Source: Phoronis australis
Taxonomy: Eukaryota > Animalia > Phoronida
Length of the DNA stretch: 64,000 bases
Assembly (NCBI GenBank): GCA_002633005.1
Contig: NMRA01000220.1
Span: 91,335 to 155,334 of the forward strand
Direction of reading: 5' to 3'
The translations under genes were made by a program, and so were the position numbers. This document shows, piece after piece, positions 36,360-47,476 of the stretch. The notes beneath the pieces were generated by a model. The model was not told the origin of the DNA, did not search any database, and saw only the letters and a program-made list of their open reading frames with translations. Each line of letters opens with the position of its first letter. The first letter of the stretch is position 1.

Positions 36360-36985
36360 NNNNNNNNNNNNNNNNNNNNNNNNNNNNNNNNNNNNNNNNN
36401 NNNNNNNNNNNNNNNNNNNNNNNNNNNNNNNNNNNNNNNNNNNNNNNTCACTTCCTGTTCTTGCCACCATTGTTTTCTTGTATGCTCTTTCAATATCATG
36501 TTAAGTTGAGAAACTCTTTATCTTGTCTTAACTATGACTTGGGTTACCAAAAGGAGGTTCATTTTCCATGATTTGACAATTCAGTATCAATGACACTGTC
36601 TACTGTATCCAGTCGGGTATTAGCCCCTAATCTTGTTATTAGGAAGCTCCAAAACTGGGGTAGACTTGTAACCGGGTGGACTTAATGATCATTCAACGTC
36701 AGTTTCTGTTTCTAAGCAAGTTTGCACTAATCTGCTTGGCAACAGGGCACAAGCAAAGAGTTTGATTTGACGTGGACTGAGAGATAGGGGTGGGGTTATA
36801 CGCAGGAAAATTTAGGGGTGGATTAGCAGGTTGGCTTATACCTGGGCTGGTGGTCTTATATTTGAGAGTAACCCAAAAGTTGGGAAGTGGGTTTATACCA
36901 GGAAATGAGCTTATACTCGAGGTGATACGTTACATGCAATATAGTGTACGCCAAATTTTATTAAGAATTTGCATGTTCTCAACAG

Positions 36986-37018
36986 CATTAGGTGGCCCTG
37001 CTAGGCAACGGTCATTGG
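36986..37018 (+). CDS. ZC3H3: ZC3H3 candidate 33-nt exon 5
   Basis: ctcaacag|CA...TTGG|gtgagc. Symmetric phase 1, encoding TLGGPARQRSL; could be skipped without a frameshift. Confidence 0.6.
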
Positions 37019-37101
37019 GTGAGCAGGCTTTTAAAATGTATAGAAACAAATTGTTATATTTTCAACAAGATTTAAAAACTGATCTGAATGATTATTTGAA
37101 G

Positions 37102-37191
37102 GAAATAATAACAAATCCACCAAGACGATCTCCGTGAGAGGTGTCCGGTATAAAGCAGATAGATGTGGGAAGACTCTACACAGGATCTCTG
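37102..37191 (+). CDS. ZC3H3: ZC3H3 exon 6
   Basis: attatttgaag|GA...TCTG|gtgcgt. Encodes GNNNKSTKTISVRGVRYKADRCGKTLHRIS, a second [IV]xGVxY..K.L.R motif. The acceptor is weak. Confidence 0.68.
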
Positions 37192-37456
37192 GTGCGTAAA
37201 ACTATGAACAAGATTGATATCTATTCCCTTGCAATTATTAATTCTAATTTGTCTTCATCCTGTAGGCCTATTTGAAGCTTATTGGAATGTATACACTGTA
37301 ATTCTTGTTGAAAGATTTGATCGATATTTCATTCACATTTAATACGAGTTTTAATAAGAAAATTTACTATTTTTTGTCTTTTCATTCACTGGGTGAAGTG
37401 CCACTCAGTTTAATTAAATTAAACTTTATTGATTAATTAAAGCCTTACACTTACAG

Positions 37457-37532
37457 ACTCAGTCACCAGTCTGACTCCATGGGGATCCTTGTCTAGACTA
37501 TCATTTTCTCACAGTACAAGATCACTGGCGAG
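37457..37532 (+). CDS. ZC3H3: ZC3H3 exon 7
   Basis: cttacag|AC...GAG|gtaagt. Encodes ...SHSTRSLAS, which joins the next exon as LASRAL. Confidence 0.85.
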
Positions 37533-37781
37533 GTAAGTTCAGTTTGTAATGGACTTTGATATCTGAAGTTTTGTAACTTAGACTGTATTAGAAATGAGGC
37601 GTCATGCTGCCGATTCATGGAACAGATGAAAAACAGAATTTCATCGGACTGTAAATCGGCAGAATTGGCGATTTTTAAGCATTGCTATACTGAGTCGGTC
37701 ATCAGAATATGTAATGGGTCAAAATTTCATACTTTTTGCAGCATTGTATGTTCAAAATTTTATGTGAATGATTTGTTTCAG

Positions 37782-37937
37782 CCGTGCTTTATACAAAAGT
37801 TTGCGTCTGGTTGCTACGAGGAAGACGAGACAGAAAAAGCGAGACTACTGTTTGTTTTATAATCGCTTTGGAAAGTGCAACAGGGGAGATAAATGCCCTT
37901 ATATTCATGACCCCGCTAGGATTGCAGTCTGTACAAG
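37782..37937 (+). CDS. ZC3H3: ZC3H3 exon 8 (CCCH finger 1)
   Basis: gtttcag|C...AAG|gtactt. Encodes RALYKSLRL...DYCLFYNRFGKCNRGDKCPYIHDPARIAVCTR. Confidence 0.95.
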
Positions 37938-39269
37938 GTACTTTTGGTTGGTTCAGTTTTATTCGTTCTTGATCAATATGATCTCAGCGTTTATGGGATA
38001 GGCAAACATGCTGTTCTCCTTTTGGATGTGAGAGTTTGTAATTTAACTTGTCAGTTAAGACACTATACTATACCACGATTACGAACAAATCTCACCAATT
38101 TAGGACACAATATGACGGACGGATGAAATTTTATTTTCTCATTTATTCATAAAATTAATAACATATGGTACAAAAATGATGGTTTTCCTTATTCAAATTT
38201 TGTACCACAGCCACCAGAGTGCTCATTATTTTGAAAATTTGTGTCAATGTATTTTGTATCAATTTAGATCAAGTAGTTCTACTTGCACCGAGTTTTTATA
38301 AAAACGTGTCGTTTTATTTCGCTGTTATGGATTTATAGGCATTTGGACACACCGTAGCCTATAAAGTTCAGCAGGCCAATTTACCAAGGTCCGTAAAAGG
38401 AGTCTGGGGTCTGTTCGGAGACAAATTCGAAGTATTCGTCCGTGAAACACAGACAGGAGAACCTAGATCTGTGTTGCTTAGACTTGTGATTTTTTGACTT
38501 CTAAACACACATAACGCTTAATCGTTATCTCGGCCAGTGTCTCAGAACCCGATCAGGCTTGTCGCGGCCGACGGGACTGGCAAGAACATAAACCAGGTTG
38601 AGTTGGAAACTAAACCTCCAGTCACGAAAAGACTATAATAGTAAGCCAAAAAAATAATGTTCACCTAATTATTTAAGTGAATTAGCCACGAAACTGAAAA
38701 TCTACTTACTTGTCGGGGGCCGTGAAGTCGGGTTCCCTTCCCCATACGTCAGGGCAAAGGTTGTACAGTAACAATGATTTGAATGATGTATTTGTATTTC
38801 TGAATAAAGATTCCCTAACATGTGACCATAGCATATAAAATCGATAAATTGTTTCACAACAGCTTTCTGTCAGCAAACACTGAATTAGCATGCGCTCCCA
38901 CGGCCTTGTTGCCTGGTCAATTACCTCTATTGCCAACATCAAAAGCTGGTAATGCAGTGGTTTATTCATTGGTGGCTTCTAAACATTTGCACTCACGAAT
39001 ACTGCAAAGGCATTACAAATTGTATCTAATGACTGTTTCAGTTTTATATAAGCATTGGTTAGGATGAGAATAATTCATTTTGAAACAGGACGCAGAATAA
39101 TAAAAATCTACATGGCAACTCGCCAGGCGCCAATCCCGACTTAGTCAAGAGCTCATCGGACGAAGACTTCATGGGTCGCATCGTTTGAGGTTTCACAGGC
39201 TATCAGTTCGAACCGGAATACACTGATCAAGAAATACTAGAGGCGCCATGAACATGCACAGGCTACAGA

Positions 39270-39520
39270 ACGTATGGATAATTCTTTGGTAAACCGAAAT
39301 TCGTCAGAAACATCACTGTCGACGAAATGCTGGCCACAGATACAGAGATGTTTCACGGCCTCATACTTGCTATTAACAGCGTACTTATCATTCTTCACTA
39401 CCACAAGCCACTTCCTAAGCATTTTGGGCTCTCGCGGAAGTTGAAAAAAACGATATACCCGCTTTCTTCGCAGCTTCAAAGTTCAGACAAACGGGAACGA
39501 TGTACCGCAATATAGCAGCA
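39270..39520 (-). pseudogene. Degenerate THAP zinc-finger coding relic (DNA-transposon derived) in a ZC3H3 intron
   Basis: YIVPVCLNFEAAKKAGISFF, a frameshift at a T-run, then LPREPKMLRKWLVVVKNDKY...HLCICGQHFVDSD. This fits the THAP C-x-V-P-x-C...F..P...W...C..HF pattern with the first Cys replaced by Tyr. Confidence 0.7.
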
Positions 39521-40169
39521 TTCACTCTCCAGACGAAACCACTGACGTCGCTGCGTTTTTTCTCACCCTCCTCACAGGTTAACGCAACACGTCTCGGCAC
39601 GGTGAGGTCGGTCGTATAAGATGCGATCCGATTAAGACGGTAAAAAAGACTAATTAAATCGGGTGGCATTCTCCTTTCAAAGTGAACAAAGCGCTGTTTT
39701 GGCAATTAAATTTATACGAAATTGGAGTGATTTTACTGTTATGATGTATAATTGTGAGTGCAACTCTCCAATGTGTTTTCATTTTACAATTTCATTGTTG
39801 TCATTATGAGTGCATTGCCAAAATACTCCATGGAATCAAAACTTGGCCCTGATTGGTAGTTCCTGTTTGTGCTGTAAGAGTGGGCAATAAATGTGCATGT
39901 AACTTGACAGCAATGAACGGAGATGATGATTGACAAAAGCTGTAGCTACAGTTGTGGGTTTGTGGGTGACAAACATTTGATGCTCGCAAAGGTCTTGCAA
40001 TTTCCTATTTTGATTTTGATGTCAAAACTGAGTTTGAAATTTGGCTGTTTGGTACTTGTACTTAACATTAGTTTTGGTAATAATCGTACTGTAATGCGTG
40101 TAGTGATACGATATAAGTAAGAATTATTAGTGCTCTTACACACCATATGTTGGTTACGACACGTAAAGT

Positions 40170-40260
40170 CTAAAAAGGTTCCTGTCCCGACTGGGGTTCG
40201 AACCTGGACTTAACTGTTGGTCAAGTGATGTGACCAACATATGGCGTGTAAGAAGATGGA
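40170..40260 (-). mobile_element. tRNA-derived SINE-like relic
   Basis: The minus strand has a B-box GGTTCGAACC followed by ccagtcgggaca. The A-box is degenerate and there is no intact cloverleaf. Confidence 0.4.
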
Positions 40261-40640
40261 TGATTCTTACTTATGTATTGTTAGTGTTTGTTCTCTGCAT
40301 AGAATACTGTCAGGTCTGTGTGCAAGCAATTGCAAGTTAGTGCACTTGGCCTTATTAAAATTAGTTTTATTGTTTCTTTCTATGCAACCAACTGAGAAAG
40401 ACATGTGTAGCTCAAAACATTTTACTATGTAATCAAGCAAAAGAGCAAGCTGAATTATGTTCTTAAGTTTGTAAAAAGATGCATTTTTCAACAGAAATGA
40501 GTGCACTCTGGCGTTAAGAAGTACAGAAGCTAAATATTCTAGCGACATTATGGATCTACTCAGACTCTTAGTTGAGTGATGATAGAGTGAGAGCTAACGA
40601 AAATAAGTTCAAGACAACCCTGCATTTTATGATCCTTAAG

Positions 40641-40836
40641 GTTTTTACGAGGCACGTGCAAGGTGGACAACTGCCCGTTCTCGCACCATGTTGCTAAGGA
40701 GAAGATGCCTGTATGCTCTTACTTCCTGCGAGGGGTCTGTAATAATGACAACTGTCCTTATCTTCACGTGAATGTGGCAAAGGATGCAGAGATATGCCAG
40801 GACTTCCTCAAGGGCTTCTGTCGTCTAGGTGACAAG
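40641..40836 (+). CDS. ZC3H3: ZC3H3 exon 9 (CCCH fingers 2-4)
   Basis: ccttaag|G...AAG|gtaagt. Encodes FLRGTCKVDNCPFSHHVAKEKMPVCSYFLRGVCNNDNCPYLHVNVAKDAEICQDFLKGFCRLGDK. Confidence 0.96.
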
Positions 40837-41619
40837 GTAAGTTAAAGGAGCGTTAAATGTATGATAGTTACCTGCCAAGGGTCATTTCTTCAAGATATCA
40901 AGTTTTTAAACACGAATTTCCAATTTTACAAAATTTCCAATTTTATTCTCCTTCATGATTAGAGCAGTGCATTATTATGTGAAGGAAATGTATTCCCAGA
41001 TGTTTGTTGTCACATTGTGATTTTTCACCAACAAAAATTTTGATGCTTGGTAATGAAGTTGTTGTTAAGTTTATTTCTGTCAGCTGTTGTGGAAAAATGC
41101 AGATGGAAGGAGGGGGGCGCTTTTTCACTTGTGGCACATATTTTTGTTCTAACCCATCACCCATAATTTTTCATTGCTTTTGGGTTCAACCACCCCTATT
41201 TTTTAGAAATAGGTTTGCTCACTGAACATGAAATCAATTTGAGTAATTTCTAGTGGTCCTACCAACCCAAATCTGAGCTTTCAGGTTCATGGAACATTCA
41301 AACCATTCGATATATATAATTATTGTATACAGTTTGACATTGTATGAATATATGCAGGGTTATGCTACTTCGACGACATTATGATCCAGAAATACTAATA
41401 CTTAATTATTCTCATCTTCACAGAAATATTTTGCACTTTCCTATTCATAAACTGCTTTATACTTTATATTAGGGATATTAAGATGAATTAAAAGGTGGTA
41501 GTGAAATGCAAACTGCATTAGACGTGTGCTGTCTGCTAAGCTGGGCCCAGTGCACCAAACACCTGAAATTTATTTTCATTTATTAGTAGACACATAACAC
41601 AATACACAAATTAAGGCCA

Positions 41620-41730
41620 AAGTTAAGCTAGGGACCTGACTCAAGGGCCCAGTAGTGGGGTCCAGTGGGATTTGAACCTATGACCTTGGGAACAAGAGAC
41701 AGACACTCAACCCACTAGGCCACACTACCT
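41620..41730 (-). mobile_element. tRNA-derived SINE head
   Basis: Minus strand reads ggtagtgTGGCCTAGTGGgtt...GGTTCAAATCCcact...cccttgag, with A and B boxes at tRNA spacing. Confidence 0.6.
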
Positions 41731-42405
41731 CCTTAGATGAATTTATGTAAGAAAGTGTCTAGTTGGGCCATTATATGCCCAATCCAAGTCAGCCAATAGT
41801 GTGACAACACAGTATGTTTAGGCATTGCACTTGCCCACTCTCTAAACATAAGAAGCTGGTCATAAGACTAAATGTGAACACGCTTTCTTATTTGTGCCAT
41901 TTAGATCCCAGTCATATGAATCATTTAGCGCATTGTAGACAATTCGGTAGTTTGGCGTTCCTCTGCCAAATTGTTGCAAAACCACCGCCGGCTGGTAATA
42001 TTTTATTTTCTACAAGAGCAAGAGCAATTAATTTTTATCTATTCTGTATGCATCCGCTCACTATTTTTTATCTCAAGTGCCCCACCTTCCGTACATGTAT
42101 TTCTGGAACAGCTGTACCCTTAGAACTAAGTTCAGTAATTGATCTATTGCCAGGATTTTGAGTGACTGCTTATCTGACCAATCAGCACACCTTTGTTTCC
42201 AAACCTCCATTTTACCCGACAAACAACACGCTGTCGGATAAAACTTGTTTGTTTGTCGACTTTTCGCAAGGGAACGGAGCTTGTTATAGGTTAATTGTGA
42301 AATGAGACAAGACAAAATTTCTGTCTTGAATCTCAACCATTTTCATGAACCATAGCCCATGTCTTACTTACCTCAGTGAAAGTGTTATATCTGTTTATGT
42401 TTTAG

Positions 42406-42551
42406 TGTAAGAAGAAGCACACCCACATCTGTCCCAAATCCCACCTGCCGGGGGGTTGCCCTGATGGCTCCAAGTGCAGGATGGTGCACCCACAGAGTCA
42501 CAGAGTGGGTAAACCCACCAAGAGGAGGAACACTTACAGGACTCTGTTAAG
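42406..42551 (+). CDS. ZC3H3: ZC3H3 exon 10 (end of finger 4, finger 5)
   Basis: gttttag|TGT...AAG|gtttgt. Encodes CKKKHTHICPKSHLPGGCPDGSKCRMVHPQ... Confidence 0.92.
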
Positions 42552-42862
42552 GTTTGTTTATCGACTCTTTCTATAAAATTAACCCATCTACAGTATCAAC
42601 AGATTGAGTTGTGTCTTTGAAGACCATAATGTGCAGCTGCTTTAAAAGAAGTTGGCGAAATTTCAGATCCTGTCATCAAACATTGGTGAAATTTCACATC
42701 AAAGGGTTGAGCTAATTTTCAATTGTTCTGTGTGATTATGCGTCAGATTTCCTATAGTCTTTGTTTTCACCATTATAAGCTAGATGAATATTGACAATAT
42801 TCATGCCAAGTCTTTTTATGCCCTCACCTATTTATATTTTTTATGCTTTATTAATATACTGT

Positions 42863-42981
42863 TAAAACTGAGCTGAGGAGCTAGAAACCTGGCTCAAGGG
42901 TTTAGCAGTGTGACCTGGTAGGACTTGAACCCACGACCTCGAATAAAGAAAGCGGACACTTATTAATAAGGCCTTACTGCC
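42863..42981 (-). mobile_element. SINE copy
   Basis: B-box ggttcaagtcc followed by cacactgctaaacccttgagccaggtttctagctcctcagct; homologous to 60029-60156. Confidence 0.65.
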
Positions 42982-43020
42982 TCCTCTAAGCTGATGATAG
43001 GGACCCTTTTCCTTTTGTAG

Positions 43021-43157
43021 TGACAACCCGGAAGTTGGTGATGACACCGTGTGCATTATACCAAACAAACAACAGAAGTTATCCAGTCAACTGCCCTCTT
43101 TCATTTCCCTCAGAGACTCGTCACTGGATGCTAGTCAGGAACACAAACCTTCCGCTT
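43021..43157 (+). CDS. ZC3H3: ZC3H3 exon 11
   Basis: ccttttgtag|T...GCTT|gtaagt. Contains LPSFISL, which I recall as a ZC3H3 C-terminal motif. Confidence 0.88.
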
Positions 43158-43705
43158 GTAAGTAAACTCGTCAACTACTGAACTACACAAAATGTTCAGT
43201 AGTGCTCATCTCTGGCATTAATTACATTACATCAGAACCAACGGAACTGAGAGATTTCATTCAACTATGCGAAACCTAACTCATCTGGCTGCGCTCACTT
43301 AGGTGAACTACAGTGTAAAGGAAGTTTATCTGAATTAAGTGCAGATCTGATTTATGAACATTTGCCTGGGGTGAATTTTAGTGCATACACCGTCTTGAAA
43401 ATTAGGTGGGAAAACTTTTAGTTGCAAGTGTGTTACACTGGTGAGCCGGAATTTAACGAGTACTCGAGGTCAGACCTGTGCACTCGGGTTGTGTGCGCCC
43501 ATCTGTGATAAAATTGTTCATCAAAGGGACATTATTGGTTTTTTGGCGGGAAAATGGATTATTGGGGTTATTGTTTGATGGGATAAACTGCTACAAGTTA
43601 TTAGCTTTGACCAGAGCTATAAAACAACAAAGTGCGTTGCTTTTTTGTGATTTCTCTACAAATTTCCACTGTTGTCTGTAAGACATTTGCTAAAATGAAG
43701 ACCAC

Positions 43706-46462
43706 TAAGTTAAAAAAGCACAAAATACTCTCATGACTGTCACTTATCGAGTTAGGTTAAGCTCTGTAAGGCAAAGTGCTACACTACGACCGTGGAGGTT
43801 GCAAGTCCGTTTCCAGAAATCAAATTTATATGTGATAAATATGTTACTCGTGCAAGAATGACTACTTGTTCATGTTTTGCTTTGCACTGTGAAGTCTATT
43901 TGTGCAGTTGTTCACTTGTTTTCAACCTTCACATTTGACTATTTTATTTAAAACGATACTTAAGGTGCTTGCTTTCAGAGACTTCACACTAAAACGAGGC
44001 AAACTTGAGATGGTTTAACACAAAAATATAGCCCATGTGATTCCCCTGGTCAGAGCACAGTCTTGGAAAACGGAAAGTGTTAACTCTCCTCGTCCTTTTA
44101 GGGCTCATTTCATCTGGCAAGCACAAAATCAAAACAGTCGTATGGCCATTGAAACACATGGGTGTCTTAACACAATAGCCACACTAACTGTGAACTTGGG
44201 ATGTGCACTCACAGCCTCACATTATATATCCTTAGAACTTGTAGAACAGGTTTTGTTATAAGCACCATCTATTGTTTTTGTTGAATTCTTCCACTGCCTC
44301 CTAATGGTGTTCTTTTTCAGCAACTGATGGCATGCAGATTCGCCCAAGGTTCCTTATGGACTGAACATGCTATGTTGCAAGAGGAATAGTCGGACAGCGG
44401 TGTAATTGCCTATTGATTTATGTTCAGTTCTCTGTCGCAGCCTGTATATTTGTGCCATACATTCATTGGTTGCCTTATTCTGTGACAGTCACGTGTGATA
44501 ACTTACCTGAAGGCAAACCTATCTTTGGGAGTACTAAAGGGTTTTGTCACATGCGGTCAGTTGTTGCTGACCTCTGTAATAAAAAACTGTCTGAATGCGA
44601 TGCACTGAAAGGATCGCATAATTTGACTTGCTTGGCATTAGCAGGTAAGTACTCGTTCAAGTGACATGAATGTGCTTCTAACAATGTCTAAGGACCTTCC
44701 CTCTGATTTTGGCAGTTGCTTGTTTTTTCCATACTATGAAGCTTATTGTGGTAGAAAGATTTCTTCTGGGCAATCAGGGCATTGATTAGATTTTCTGTAA
44801 AGTATGTCTCAACCCCTTGAACAAGTGACTTTTCTCCACAGATGTACCATAGGCACGGGAATGGGGTTGAACAGAAAATGTTATGTTGACTCAAACTTGA
44901 TTCCCCTGTTTAGTTGCCTGACAAACATCGTCTGGAGTCATCCACTCATCCCTTCAAAATTGGTCCTAAAATTTTCTCCGCAGATCTGGCAGGACTAAAT
45001 TTCCTTTGTTTTAATTTCTATTGAGCACCTGGTTATAGGAAACTAAGGCCCTAGTTTTCTGGCTATCAAAATAAGTGTGGTCTAATTAAATTTATAAATA
45101 TTGTTCAAGCTTTATATGTGGTATTTCAACTTGATGCATGCTTTTCATGGAATAATTTATTTTGGGTATTTATAAGTGATGTGGCAATAAAATCTTGAAT
45201 TTTATAATTCAGACAGGTTGTTTTTATTTACAAGTGCATTATTGCCCCTTTAGGTTTTTTAACTCTCTTGAAACATTTCTGAATCAGATGTGGATTCTTG
45301 ATTTGAATTAAATATTGTTTATCCCATACCCGTTGAATAAGTCGAGTGCTTCGGCCATGTGATGTTGTTTGCGGTATTGCACTCCCGGGACTACTTTACA
45401 GTGCCCTCTGACATGGAAAGATCAAAAGGTTGGCCAGTATCGACTCGATGTCGTCAGCGTGATCGATCATCAAACTTTCTCAAAATAGTTCAAAGTAATG
45501 AAATTGCTGCAGTATAAATAACACTCAACATACAACCAGGCCCCAAAACAGCATCTAGTATAAAACTGTTAATTATATGACACTTCTGTCTCAGTTTTAT
45601 TTTCAAAATATATCGTCTGCAACTCACCGATTCCTCGTAACTTCAATGTTAAATATTTTTGTTATTTAATAATTTTCAGGAAAAGTTACCAAGTTAAATG
45701 CACAATTGTCGTTGTTTTCATCTTTGTTATCTCTCTTTTCAAGTATTAAATAGTTTCATTTGAAACTGCTTCTTTTACTAGAGTAAACTTGTAGCATAAC
45801 GGGCAAGTACATATACATATACATATAGGATGTGATCCGCCACGTGAACAGTCTGGGTGATGTATTTAAAAAAATCTGCCGAAAAATGAAAGAAACCTAA
45901 AGAAATGGAACCACCTGGATGAATACAAAACGTTTTCGGTCTCGGTCGACACGCGGAATAATGTCTCGTGGTGTATTACTAACTGAATTCATGTACGCCA
46001 CAGTGGTGGGCCTAGGATATCATGAGGGGGCAACATTTTGTCTCGTAGTAGAGGCTCGTAGCGATGAATGGGCGGAGGTCTGGAAGGGGATTGCCCCTCT
46101 TCCGACCTGGGGAAGATTTTGTTTTTGCCTATGAAAATGGTCTGTAATCCATTTCCCTTGATTTTGGTGATATCAAATCAAGAATTTTCTAATTGTTGAC
46201 TAGGACCCCCTTTTTACAGAAAAACCATGATCCGACCCCCGTTAAATCCTATATAGGTCGCTGGTTATGCTCCAAGTACAATTTTCCTGAACGCTTTCTA
46301 ACGCTTTTGGGTGACGGATTAAAAACCAGATTTCGGTTTCACTTCCCTCTAGGTTAGGGATAGGGTTCAGATAGCGCTATACCGTAAGATAGGAACGACC
46401 TTGTAGTTGGCAATTGTTTTAATGTATACCCTCCGTTGTTCGTTGCATCACAGGTTTCCACA
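43706..46462 (+). repeat. 2.7-kb duplicated block, copy 1
   Basis: Colinear with 47477-50217, with scattered substitutions and small indels. Confidence 0.95.
44321..44364 (+). CDS. ZC3H3: ZC3H3 terminal coding exon
   Basis: tctttttcag|CA...; encodes STDGMQIRPRFLMD*, comparable to the human C-terminal LHIKPRL as recalled. Confidence 0.85.
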
Positions 46463-47476
46463 TAAATCGGTAAATAAAACAACAAGAATGGATCAACTGA
46501 AATTTGAAATTTTCGGATGTAATAATTTCCTTTATCAACAAAAACAGAAATAAAGTAAAATCAAACACAAAATGACAATTGACATATAAGATATGGTGTA
46601 ATGAAAATGATACAATTTTGCGTAAAAAATTCAATGACATATTTTAAGAAGTTTTTATGTTCAATCCATGAGGTTCTATTGTATTAAGTTTGTCTATCTA
46701 ATATTGTTCTCTTTTAAGTCTGTGAGGGGTACTGGGGTGTTGGAGTTTTTCTATTATTTGTACAGAAAGATCTTGAATATTATGGTTTTTGGAATTGAAA
46801 TGATTNNNNNNNNNNNNNNNNNNNNNNNNNNNNNNNNNNNNNNNNNNNNNNNNNNNNNNNNNNNNNNNNNNNNNNNNNNNNNNNNNNNNNNNNNNNNNNN
46901 NNNNNNNNNNNNNNNNNNNNNNNNNNNNNNNNNNNNNNNNNNNNNNNNNNNNNNNNNNNNNNNNNNNNNNNNNNNNNNNNNNNNNNNNNNNNNNNNNNNN
47001 NNNNNNNNNNNNNNNNNNNNNNNNNNNNNNNNNNNNNNNNNNNNNNNNNNNNNNNNNNNNNNNNNNNNNNNNNNNNNNNNNNNNNNNNNNNNNNNNNNNN
47101 NNNNNNNNNNNNNNNNNNNNNNNNNNNNNNNNNNNNNNNNNNNNNNNNNNNNNNNNNNNNNNNNNNNNNNNNNNNNNNNNNNNNNNNNNNNNNNNNNNNN
47201 NNNNNNNNNNNNNNNNNNNNNNNNNNNNNNNNNNNNNNNNNNNNNNNNNNNNNNNNNNNNNNNNNNNNNNNNNNNNNNNNNNNNNNNNNNNNNNNNNNNN
47301 NNNNNNNNNNNNNNNNNNNNNNNNNNNNNNNNNNNNNNNNNNNNNNNNNNNNNNNNNNNNNNNNNNNNNNNNNNNNNNNNNNNNNNNNNNNNNNNNNNNN
47401 NNNNNNNNNNNNNNNNNNNNNNNNNNNNNNNNNNNNNNNNNNNNNNNNNNNNNNNNNNNNNNNNNNNNNNNNNNNN

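Noticed and set aside
41655-41730. Possible tRNA gene
   Set aside because: A and B boxes are present, but the acceptor and anticodon stems do not pair and the sequence continues into a SINE-like body.
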